Source: Thalia democratica
Taxonomy: Eukaryota
DNA length: 64,000 bases
NCBI GenBank assembly: GCA_965202585.1
Contig: OZ241833.1
Coordinates: forward strand, 43,958,001 to 44,022,000
Reading direction: 5' to 3'
A program made the position numbers and the translations under genes. Numbering within the stretch: the stretch's first letter is position 1; each line of letters starts with the position of its first letter. The notes beneath the pieces are model-generated. The model saw only the letters and a program-made list of their open reading frames with translations, was not told the origin of the DNA and made no database searches. Below, one piece after another: positions 51,654 through 62,865 of the stretch.

Positions 51654-54045
51654 TGTTAAACTAAATGCTTGTGGTATTTTAATGAATTTTAAAATAGTGA
51701 ATATTTAAATAGACTTAAGATATAAAAGTTTATTCTCATTTCAAAAAAATATTTTTTAGTTAGTAGAGCTTGAAGCAACAACATTGAAATAGGGTTGATT
51801 AAAAGTTAAATACTCAAGAAAATTCTTAGTCTCAGTCTAACTCAGGCTAGCTTTTTTGTTTTGCATGCAGGATGGTTCAAGCCACTATGATTTTATTAAA
51901 AAACATTTAAGGTAATTTTAGGTGTCCTTAAAGTTCCTAGTTTCTTTTTAATTCTCTAAATCATAAATGAGATATTGTTCCTCCATATTTAATGATGTGA
52001 TATTTTATAGCTAAATTTGTTCAACAACTTATATTTTATTGTTATTAAAAGGTTTTTAGATCTAAATACAATATATTTAAGAAATATGCTAAGTATTAAA
52101 GTAAATCAGGATAACTAAGTATTTTCTAATACTGTTTGAGGTCATTAAGGACAGATTTAAGTGAGTTTGCCAAACACAAAAGATATCTCAGGATAAATTT
52201 GATATGTAAGGGTAGTTTTTTTTGCTCTCAAAAAATGGCAATCCTATTGATATAGAACTTAATAGAGATTATAGTTTAAATTGAAAAACAAGTTGTTCTT
52301 AATGATCTTCGAGTTTACTTAAAATTTAGCTTGTGATTTTTAATAATAACCTGGAATTATTCCTAGAGTCTACCATTAAAAAAAAATTGGAACTACATTC
52401 ACCAAATAGATTTTCAACCAAAAATCCACACCTATCTTATCAACACTTATGTTGCTACTTTGCCATTGAAACCTGGAAAAACCTGGAATTTTATACAATT
52501 TTTACATGTTAAGTAGAAAGACTTAGATTTGACACAAAAAATCTACTATATAGATAAAATATTTTTCATCATCAAAAATTATTTTATTAAAAAATAAATT
52601 TTAAGTAGTTTTACAGTATCTTTTCAATGTTTTTATAGTATTTAACACAGTTTTTACCCTAAAGTTAAGTTTAAACTAAACTTAAACTAAAAATAGACCA
52701 AAAAACAAGTAGTTTTAAAGACCTATAAGAAATTTTGAAAACCTGTAGAAAATTTCCAAAAAGTCCATGGCAACCCTGTGTTACGCTTAAATAACCACAA
52801 TATTTGTTTTTAAATAAAAGTAACTAATGTTTAAAATTTTCAAAAATTTACATTGTACTAAAAATAGTTTCAATAGTAATGTGGTTTAAAACTAATTTGT
52901 CACACTAACATGAAAACTTTAGCACACTTGAATTTTTATTTCTCAGTCTGACTAAAGGTAATTTATTTAACTCCTGATAGTTAAAATATTTCCTAAAATA
53001 TAAGACAGGTTTTTCTAAATTGGAAACGAGGTTACGTGAAAAACTCAGGACAGTTTAAGGTTATTCAGTACAGATTCTTCGATTAAAAAAGTAGCAACAG
53101 TGTATAATCAATTGCAAACACAAAATAAAGCTATCTGTGATAATCTTATAAAGCAATCTTAGAATATGTATATGTTGCTAACAGCTTAATTTTTAACTTG
53201 CTTAGCAGAAAAAGTGACAATCTTTTCAACCCTGAACTTCACAGAGTGCAAAAATTTAGTTTTTGAAATGAACAATATCAGCTAAACGTATGCAGATATT
53301 GTAAACAATTATTTCTGGTCAAAGAGTAACAAAATATATAAAAAATTTTTTTTAATTTCGCTAATTTTAATGCAGTTTTTTTGTCGTTTTTATTTTTCTT
53401 TAACATCGTTGTTATATACAGTTAATCTAATAAAGTAAGAATTGTTGAAATTAATTTAAGTATGTAGTTAATACTTGAAGTATTTTAGGACCACTGGGTA
53501 TTTAGTAAAGATAGCGGAGATATGTGTTAAAAATTAGTATAAAAGAGGAAAGCAATAAAAGTAATGTGAAAATAAGGTTAAATAAAAAAAAATCATAAAA
53601 AAAGTATCAAGTTAAAAATTTATAAGTTTTATTTGATATTATAATTACATGTTTAAATTAAAATATTTACTTAACTATTTATAAGCGTAAAAGCATGTTA
53701 GTAAAGTTAATTAAAAGCTGTTACGTATTCCTGCCACTAGAGGCCCTTTAAAGTTAGATACTTGGTTGCACAGAGAGTTTAGTTTATGTGTACATATTTT
53801 TATTAGCTGGTTTAAAGAGCTAAAGGTAGCAAAACAGGTTTTAAATTTTTAATAAATTTACTAGAGTTTGAGCTTTAAGTCTTTTTTTTTAGAATTGACA
53901 CCAATATTTTGCTTCATGACTTACGAAATTTATATCCAAACAACAACCATTGTCTAAACTTTGTTTTTATTAATTTGCACACTTGGTGTATAATTATTCT
54001 GATAAAATTGTTATTGCAGATATACACCTAAGTAATAAAATTAAA

Positions 54046-54870
54046 ATGTCCACTGATACGACAAACTCATCTGATAGCGAATTTTCATACTCCGTTGATT
54101 CGGACACGTACTCATCAGACTCGAGCTGCGACGAATCAGCAACCGAAGTGGCGGACCGCTTCGAAGATCAATGCTCGGCAGGAGACAAAGTTTGCTTAAA
54201 GTGCAAGCAGCCGTCGCACTACCCCCTGGCGTGCGCGATGATGAAAGACTGGATGGACAAACGCCAGAAAGTAGAAGAACCGGAAGAGAGCGACTCCGAC
54301 GCGGATAGCGATGAAGGACCTGAAGACGGTGAACGTGAAGACCAGACGCTGAAAGGCTGGTTGGAACAGAAGTTTGTTAGCATAGAACAAGAACAAAACG
54401 GCTCCGTCAGCGATGAAGGGCCTGAAGACCAGTTCGCGGAGTACTTGCGGGTGTACTCCAAGCATGAAAAGAGCATCGAGAAAGAAGGTAAAGTCTCCAT
54501 GGAAGAGGTGTACGAGAGGCTCGAAAATCCTGCCGAAAATGATGATGAACAGATGGAAGTTGACGACAAAAGACCGTCCACCTTCCACGAGCGAACGTTC
54601 TTGCAAAGGGCGCGCAGAGCTTTGAGAGAGTCCCGCCGATGCGTGATGCTAACCTGCGTGTACCGCTACAACATCGCTGGTGAAAAAAAAAGGATAATTT
54701 TCAAAGAAAGCACGGACATCTTGCAGTCGCACGTTGAAAAGCTCGGCGAGTTTTTGGAAAATGACGTCAGCAAGCTGTTTGACGGCGGGAAAATGAGGGA
54801 GATGGAGTTGCTTGTTAGCCTTTGTGAAGAGCAAAGCAAAGCCATCCTCGAGTATATCAAGGAAAATTAA
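54046..54870 (+). CDS. Ariadne/ARIH-derived RBR-like protein lacking RING1 and RING2 (acidic N-terminus, one IBR zinc site, Ariadne domain), 274 aa
   Basis: CSAGDKVCLKCKQPSHYPLACAMMKDW matches the IBR end (C-x2-C-x4-H-x4-C at 54193-54234). FAEYLRVYSKHEKS, FLQRARRALRESRRCVMLTCVY, IIFKESTDILQSHVEKLGEFLENDVS and LCEEQSKAILEYI match remembered ARIH1 Ariadne-domain helices. Likely start is AAAATG at 54046, with acceptor-like ttattgcag at 54011-54019 and AATAAA at ~54930. Confidence 0.82.
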   Translation: MSTDTTNSSDSEFSYSVDSDTYSSDSSCDESATEVADRFEDQCSAGDKVCLKCKQPSHYPLACAMMKDWMDKRQKVEEPEESDSDADSDEGPEDGEREDQTLKGWLEQKFVSIEQEQNGSVSDEGPEDQFAEYLRVYSKHEKSIEKEGKVSMEEVYERLENPAENDDEQMEVDDKRPSTFHERTFLQRARRALRESRRCVMLTCVYRYNIAGEKKRIIFKESTDILQSHVEKLGEFLENDVSKLFDGGKMREMELLVSLCEEQSKAILEYIKEN

Positions 54871-55567
54871 CTTTTGAATGTTTTTTAGGAATCGTTTGGC
54901 GCTTTCCAAACTGACTGATTTTAGCGCTGAATAAACTAGTATAATTAAATTTGCTTAGTGTTGTGTATTATTCAAGTTTTTTAAAATGAACCAATAGACT
55001 AAAGTTATATGATTGATAAAAGTAAAACTAAATTGCTCATTGATCCAATTTACAACTAATAGTTATTACACTAACTAGTTAAGAGTGTATAACACAAAAT
55101 TTATTAAATTTAAGTTTTACCCTGCCAAAAAGTAACTACCCTTATATCTTTAAAAAAGTCAAAATCACGCTGAAAAAATATAAAGGATTAATTATCTAAA
55201 ATTGTAGTATTAATTTTTTTTTGATTAAAACTGATAAAGCTTGAAAGTTATAAAATACAAATCAAGTTTACTAAAAATAAAGTAATATTATAAACTGCAA
55301 TATAATGCTTTAACTTAAAATATGGTAAAATAAATAAATTAGTCGTATCTTAACAGACCTTTGTGCCTAAATAAAAATAAATTTAATATTGGCAATCCTG
55401 TAACAGAGTATACAAAATAGCTCTAACTGTACAGTGTGTGTCTGTCAAAAAGCCAACATAACAAACATATATGTAATTATAAAACAAACATAACAAATCT
55501 TTTATACATTTTTTTTTTGCTGCTTCAGGCTCAAAACTACAAGTATTAAGTAACATTCAAAATATTC

Positions 55568-56384
55568 TCAAAAAAATCCAGCAAAATTTTTAATAATACC
55601 CCCTAAAAAGATATCAATTACGAAGTTTGTGTGAATAATACTTCTTATGACGTTATCACAAATACTGGTGTGGCTACAGCTGTCAAGTTTTTCATGTGAT
55701 AACTTCAAATTTTCTGTGTATTCATTGGAAACAGAATTGAATTTTTCAGTCAATTGAGTTTGATTAGAAAATAGCAGTTTGTGCATAAAAAACAAACTTT
55801 AACCTACTAAGTCTACTGCTATTTTGAACTGTTTTAAAAATTCGACTATATGACCAATCAACTTTATAGTACTTTCAGTTTTGTCACCGACCTTTGAAGT
55901 ATTTATGCATGATACCACACATTGCATTTCTTTCCATAAGTTCGTTCTCAAAGCGAATATTTGGTTCACTATGCTTTGTAAAAGTAAATTCGTAAACCTT
56001 CCTTGAATATTTTCGTAAATTTCGCCATAAGTCTGACATCGTGTTTTTTTAATTTCGTTGAACACTTTTATCCTGTTTCTTTTGATGCCATCATAATCGT
56101 TAAGCAAGCTACGCAAACATTTAAACTGTTGCTAATCAACATTTAATTACTGAGAGTTTTGAAGTTTTAGTAATGACAATCTAATGTATAAACGGCTTGA
56201 CCATTGTAATTGGATTGTTTGAGTTTTCGTTTTGAACATTTTGCTTAAATTTATCAGCGCTTTTATTGTCTGTTATATCTTTTTGAGGAATATTAATTTC
56301 TCTCATATCTTTTTTAGTTGACTTGTCTATCGATGTAGCTCCTTTTTTGTTCCAAAACACTGTTTTAAGTCCGATTTTGAACAA
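55568..56384 (-). pseudogene. Family copy 13: C-terminal half of a diverged type A (A') pseudogene
   Basis: Fragments LRSLLNDYDGIKRNRIKVF...IVNQIFALRTNLWKEM in 55799-56116, in three frames. No 5' half. Confidence 0.8.
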
Positions 56385-56783
56385 CTTTTTTAGTATGTTA
56401 TTAATACTTAAGTAACTTACTAACTAAAAAGTATCAATGGTGTTACATGCAAAATTTACATTCCGTGCTAAAGTGACGCTGTACTTTTCTGAAACCTACA
56501 TAGTTAATAATACTAAGAAGCGGTCATAAAGTTGATTTCTTTAAATACTAATTTAGAATTTTTTATAAATAGATATTTACAATGGTACTTGTAAAGTTTG
56601 ACCAACAAAAGGTTTAATTAACCTTAAAATTAATAACAATCTAAACTAAGTCCAACAAAAACTCAACAAAATAAAGTTATATGTATGCATGAAAGAAACA
56701 TAACAAACAGTTATCTTTTTATTAGGTTTTTTGCTTCAGGCTCAAAATTGCAAACATTAACTTAGCTAACATTTAAAGTACTC

Positions 56784-58330
56784 TCAATAGATTCCAGAAA
56801 ATTTTTAATCATGTTCCTTAAAAATATATCAGTTATATAATAAGTGAAAACAATACTTCTTTTAACATCTCCATCAATGCTTATGAAATTACAACATTGA
56901 GTTCTTCGAGTGAAGACTTCAAGTTGTCTTTGTATTCACTATGAACAGAATTGCGATTGTCAGTTAACTCAGTTGGGTTACAAAATAGAACTTTGTGCAT
57001 TAAAAGCAAACTTTGACCGGCTAAATCCGCTGCTATTATAAAACTGTTCTAAAAATCCGACTATTCTATCAAGCAACTTTTTAACACTTTAAATTTCATC
57101 ATCGACCTGTAGAGATTTTATGCGTGCTTGTACAGATTGAAATTCTTTCCACATCTCTGTTCTCAAAACGAATATTTGGATCACTATGCTTTGTAAAGCT
57201 GCGTACATAAACCTTCCTTGAATTTTTTCGTAAATTTCACCATAAGTCGGACACTATTTTTTTATTCTGTTAAACATGTTCAACCTGTTACTTTTCTTGC
57301 CACTGTCGAGCAAGCTACGCAAGTTTTTGAACTGTTGTAAATCAACACTTAAATACCGACAAAGAGTTTTAAAGTTTTCATAATTTCATTTAATGTTTTC
57401 ATAATGACTTTATCATTGGTAGTTGGATCGTTTGAATATTCATCATAAACATTTTTCTTTTCTTTAACAGAAGTTTTATTGTATTTGGGATATTTTTGAA
57501 GTTCATTACCTTCTCCTGAAACTTTTGTACTTGACTCTTCTACAAATGTAGGTCCTTTTTTTTCAAAAATGTTTTCGTCTTCACGACTTAGATGAGCATT
57601 ATTAGCTTTAATTTCCTCCTTTGCTCTTAATTTACCTAGTTTTTCATTTACAAAAGATTTATCTTTTGATTTTTTTTCTGGACAACATGGTTTTCCCTAT
57701 TAACATTTCTATATTCTTTGGTATTCTTTAGGTTCAGAGGATCATTATTTCTTTATTGGTTAATACATCTGCCAATGTAGGTTCTTCTTTCATTCCATCA
57801 CACTTTTGTCGTCACAATTTTTAGGAGCATCAGTAGTTTTACAGAGCTTTATTTGACTAGTTTCGTCTTAGTTTTCATTTAAAAGTGATTCAATTTCATC
57901 TGGTTTGTCGTCGTTGGTTTAATGTTGTCATTATTTTCAACCTGTGAGCCTACATCAGCTCCATCCAGACTGACCATTTTGCCCTTGGTTTGTGTCAATG
58001 TTGATTCAGTGTTAGGTAAATGCAAATCATTATCCAAGGTCTCATTGCCTTCACATGCAAAGTTTGTTTTGTGATGATCATATTCAGCATGCAATTCACA
58101 AATATTCGAAACAACTTTCACGTTACGATTTTCTGACCCTACTTTATTTCCATTCAACTTACCAGATTTTTTTCTTTTTCCTGTGGATATTTTGTCGTCA
58201 CTTTTTTAAGATTTGATTGTTTTATTTTGATGAGACAAATAGTAAAGAGCACCAATGTTGCTGACACTCCAACGAATCCAAGAAGCAATTTACTCGAACT
58301 AACATCAAGTTTCAATTAAAGCTTTATCAT
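56784..58330 (-). pseudogene. Family copy 14: full-length diverged type A (A') pseudogene
   Basis: ATG at 58330 with acceptor 21 nt upstream. Anchor, linker and C-terminal motifs are recognisable, with multiple frameshifts and stops. Confidence 0.82.
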
Positions 58331-61300
58331 TGCAAATAGAAATGTAGATTCCTGAATGTGTTTTGAACTGTAGAAAACAATATTTTTTTTAGAATTTAAG
58401 AAATAATCTTAAAACTATTTATACTGAATATAGGTTGTTTTAAAATAGTTTATACATCAATAGAACTGAATTTTGTGAATTTATTTAATTTATTAATTAT
58501 TTTTATAATTAAAACAAAACCGTATCAGATTTTTTTTAAATTTTTAAACCATAATCTTATTTCAGTATAAGAATTAGAGTAAAGCATAACTTGTATATTT
58601 ATATATGTTTATTTAATACTATAACATATTGTAAATTTTTAACACAATTTTAAAATAAAGTGAGTTTTGTTTATTTTCAAATTTATAAGTTTTATTTTGA
58701 TGTTTAATGAAGTCATAGTTAGTTTTATATATATAGTTATTCTTTAAGAAAGGAAATACACAGCTAGTGTTTTAGCTTTTTTTTTAATATAAATTTTATC
58801 TTATTCCGTAATGTTGGTTCTTAAAATTCAAGATTTTTTAATAAAATTGTTGCACTAAGGATAATAATTAGTATAGATAAAAATTAATTCATAAGTAAAA
58901 CTAAACTATTTCGGAAATTGCAAAAATTTTAAATTACGAACTATAAATATACTTCAAGTATAATAAATGGAATAAAGTGTCACTAACTATGTATAATATG
59001 TTTTAATTTAGTACAGTAAAATGATATTAAAGTGACTATATTTTAAATAATAGATGAAAACTTTAGTAGCTCTAGTCGTTGCTCAACCTAAATTTGTAGT
59101 GTGTAACGAAAGCAGTTATTTAAGTTTTATAAAATATTTCTGAAAGCAAACTATCACAACTCTGTAGAACAAAATATATTTCAGATAGTTCTCAACAGTT
59201 TTAGTAACTAAACTGATGAAGAAATTTTAACTTTAACAAAAGTAGCTTTAAAATTTTTTATTGTTTACTTAAAGCTACTAAATTTTGTTTTAACAAAATC
59301 TTTTTTTTAATTGATGTTCTGTCCAGAGTTTTTGATAAATCAGTAGCTTCCTAACTTAGTAATTTTTAACATTTATGTCAAAATATTGAAAAACAAAACT
59401 AAATATAGCAGTTCTGTCTTAATAAACCAGAGCAAAAGATAAATTACTGCACAACAATGAAATATTAATGAATCATGTAAAATTTACAAATATGTAAAGA
59501 TTCGGGAACATCAAGAAATTGTCAAAAAAAAAAACTACTTATTTTAAAGATGATATATTAATTAGCTCTTGAATATTAACATGAAAGTCAAAATTAGAAA
59601 GAGGTTAAAAAAAGAAGTACTTTAGTACAATAGAAAGTTGATAAACAAAAATGAAATGCTATCCTTGTAACATTATTAGTAAAACATATATTTGTAAGCT
59701 TAGTGAAAATATTTTTCAAATAGCTAAGTATCTTATTTCTTTCAATAGCTTTGTTAGTTCACTACAGCTTTAGTTTAGTGATACCTTTAACAGAAACATT
59801 TTTCAAACCAACAAAGCTTACAGATTCGATGCTTCTGGAATTAAAAATAAGTCTGTAGATGAGCCTTGTAAGACCCTCATTTGTATATTTGACTTTAGAA
59901 TGAAAAGGTTTTAGATTATATATTGCAGTTAAGCTTAAACAAATAGGTGTCATAATGTCGAAGAACATTTAAAATCGAAATTTAAACAAGACAGCTGTTT
60001 TAAAAGCCATTAGAACAACAAATAAAGTTTAAAAGATGTGCTTACAACTTGATTAAGAACAACTAAGCAAATAGTTTTATGTTAACTTATAAGCACATAC
60101 AAAAAATAAAGTATAACAAACTTTATCAAAAAGTTTTGTACAAAAATACAAAAGTTTAAAAGATAACTGAACTTTATTAACAAAAAAAAAGTTGTTTGCC
60201 ATGCAATGTTGCCAGCATATTCTGGCAAACGCCATACTAGATTTTACAATAAATCTATAAATTATTATATACTTCACAACAACTAGCTTTGAGAATCTTA
60301 TCAACAATGTTATTCAAAACAGTAGTTTTTTGTAAACTTATGTACTTTTCTTAATATTTTAAACTTTTTTTAATTTCGAATGCTGTATTTCTTTTAAGTT
60401 TTGAAGTATACGTGTTACTTTGTTTAAATAGTTAATCTTAAATGTCCAAAGAATTTTAAAGAAGATTAACTTGTACAAAAACAGATAACAGTTCTTTGAA
60501 AATAAGCCAAACTTATAAGTGTAAATTTCTTTCTTTACTGAGTAATAACTTTCACAATTTAAGCATTCTAAATTTATTCTTTTTCTGAATTTTTGATGAT
60601 TTTCTTTCAAATGGTTACTGCTACTCCGAAACTAGATGATATTTCAATTTTAATGTTTTCTACGACTATCAAAAATAAAACCGAAGTCTTGCATTATGCA
60701 CAATAAGAAAGAAACAAAGATAACCAACTGTAAGTAAATAAGTGGCAAATATACTCAAAACTTTTGAAAAACAACGTTTTAAATTTACCTTATTATCTTA
60801 AGTACTAGTTTTGTTTCAAAACCTTTGTACTTAAGAAATTTAATATTCTTTTAGCAGATGAGGATTTTAAAAATATTTATCTTCGAATATTAATATAAGG
60901 ATTTTCTATACTTAACTCCAAATTTTAGACTTATTTGTTAACTTTCTTTATTTACTTCAATTTTTTTTAAACTGTAAACTTATCTTTGTGCAGTAAAAGT
61001 TGTTTCTTCTTCTAGATTACTTGTCAACTAACTTGAACAACACTAATTCTAAATTTCCCTCCCTAGAGAGTAAGTTTTTAAAGATATACTGTGCCAGTGC
61101 TATTCATAAGTTCATTTGTCTCTAAATATATAAGTTATTACAATGAAGGTAATTTAAACTGACTTATAGCAGTTTATACTTTTCATATTTTTCATACGCT
61201 CGAAAAATGCTTAATAAACATTAATACTGAAAACTATAAAAGTTTACTTGTTCTTATTTAAAATTAAACAACTTAGATAAAATAACTTAACATATAATAT

Positions 61301-61397
61301 TTTTGATTATCAAAGTTAATGTTTATCACTAAATTATGTAATTTTGTGATTTTTATTCAATTTAAAACACTTTTAGCTGTTTACAAGTTTATTTGCA

Positions 61398-62097
61398 ATG
61401 ATAAAACTTTCATTGAAACTTGATGTTAGTTCAACCAAGTTGCTTATTGGATTTGTTGGAGTGTCAGCTACGATTGGTGCTCTATATTACTTGTCTCATC
61501 AAAATAAAACAACCAAGTCTTTCAAAAGTGATCACAAAATATCCACAGGAGAAAGAAAAAAAATTTGTAGATTGAATAAAAATAGAGTAGGGTTAGTAAG
61601 TCAAAATATGGAAACTGTTTTGGATATTCGTAAATTGCATCCTAAAAATGATTATCACAATACAAACTTTGCATGTGAAGGAATTCAGATATTGGATAAT
61701 TATTCGCAATCACCTAACACTGAAGTAACATTCACACAAAACAAGGAAAAGTTAGTCGATTTGGATGGTTTTGATATTCAAAATAACAATAATAAAACTA
61801 ACGATGATAAATCAGAAGTAAATAATTCTCCTGTGAGTGAAAATCCAGACGATATAAGTCAAAAAGAGCACAATGAAACCAATAATGCTTCTAGTAGTAG
61901 TGAAAACAAAAATATTGTTGGAAGAAAAGAAGAAACTACATTGGCAGAAGAATCAGCAGAAAAAATATCGGAGAAGCTATTAATCCTAAAAAAGATACCA
62001 AAGATAATAAAAATGTTGGTAAAGAAAATCATGTAGTACAAAATGGAAACTCAAACAATAAATCTTCTATAAATAAAAACCAAGAGAAATCAACAAC
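61398..62097 (+). pseudogene. Family copy 15: 5' half only, frameshifted near 61965 and interrupted at ~62097
   Basis: 212-aa ORF with anchor and first linker module. Homology stops after gagaaatcaacaaca. Upstream type is shared with copies 11 and 12. Confidence 0.8.
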
Positions 62098-62730
62098 ATT
62101 AAATCAAATTTATCACATTAAAGACAAAATTTATCAAAACGTTTAATTTTTTTTTTAATTTTTTTCTATTTATTCTATTACTTTTTAAGCTTAAGTAAAC
62201 ATCTACGTTTTAAGTTTTTGTTCTCGATAAGATGGTTTGTTATTATTAATTAGTTTTAGAAATTGGCATAATAGGACCATTGTAAAACATATTGAATAGG
62301 CTTTGATATAAAAAAAATATGTATAATGTAAGAAAAACTTGTAGGATCAAGTGACCAGTGACCGTTATTAAGAAACTCAAACAACTTCTAGATTTTTTTT
62401 TGTAAAAATAGTTAAACATTGAAATATTGCCTCAAATAACCGTTAAAAAAATAATTTATAGCAGGAATAAAGAACTGCTGTGTTGTTTTTACGAGTAATT
62501 GCTCTTAATTTTAATCAATTTAAAAGTAAGTTTTTTTTATAAGTTCTCTTTTCAACACTGCTTATTCCTTCGTCCTTTCTAAGTTAAATGTTTTTGTAAT
62601 AAAGTTCATATAAAAAACAATTGTTAACCAATATTAATTCTTCTCTCTATTTAATTTTCATATTAGAACAAAATTTTTAACATTGTTTTTATTTTTATAA
62701 TAAGTCCAAAAAAGGCTAAAAATTTTTCTT

Positions 62731-62865
62731 ATCGGGTTAGATAAGATCGGGTTATAACATATCAGATTAGAAATAATCAGGTTAGAATTGATCGGGTAAG
62801 AAGTGATCGGGTTGGAAATGATTGGGTTAGAAACGATCAGGTTAGAAGTGATAGGGTGAGATATG
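62731..62865 (+). repeat. 15-bp minisatellite x9 (consensus ATCGGGTTAGAAATG)
   Basis: Nine consecutive 15-mers read directly. More decayed relatives at ~7105-7200, ~17675-17775 and, reverse-complemented, ~31650-31745 and ~40040-40130. Confidence 0.9.

Larger units (their letters stand above)
49757..52790 (+). repeat. Tandem repeat, ~1.13-1.15 kb unit x ~2.7
   Basis: Unit starts ttattg(a/t)tattaaaaggtttttagat at ~49757, ~50910 and ~52036, with collinear diverged content. Confidence 0.88.

Noticed and set aside
49757-52790. Tandem array or 15-bp array as CRISPR-like repeats
   Set aside because: Units are wholly homologous with no unique spacers, there are no cas genes, and the context is eukaryotic.
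53731-53747. CTCF-like motif tgccactagaggccc upstream of the foreign ORF
   Set aside because: Single imperfect match lacking the GCG end, and the host may lack CTCF. Not supportable.
53983-54045. Upstream in-frame extension of the Ariadne-like ORF from a TTG start
   Set aside because: AT-rich, contains the acceptor-like ttattgcag, and the GC shift begins at the ATG at 54046.
54196-54909. Overlapping alternate ORFs within the Ariadne-like gene
   Set aside because: Expected in a GC-rich segment with fewer stop codons; no recognisable motifs.
59300-60650. Stretch with several 60-85 aa minus-strand ORFs that might be a decayed gene
   Set aside because: No motif recognised and the ORFs do not join convincingly. 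Needs a translated HMM search.
1242-62041. Many short antisense or alternate-frame ORFs overlapping family genes (e.g. 1911-2219, 3510-3836, 8547-8732, 19128-19313, 26564-26758)
   Set aside because: Shadows of the sense CDS (Ser/Leu/Phe-rich complements of N/K/E codons). They recur only because the gene is repeated.
29807-62097. Idea that the pseudogene frameshifts are only sequencing errors or programmed frameshifts
   Set aside because: Several lesions are nonsense substitutions, some shared between paralogs, and no consistent slippery site is seen. Individual homopolymer indels could still be errors.
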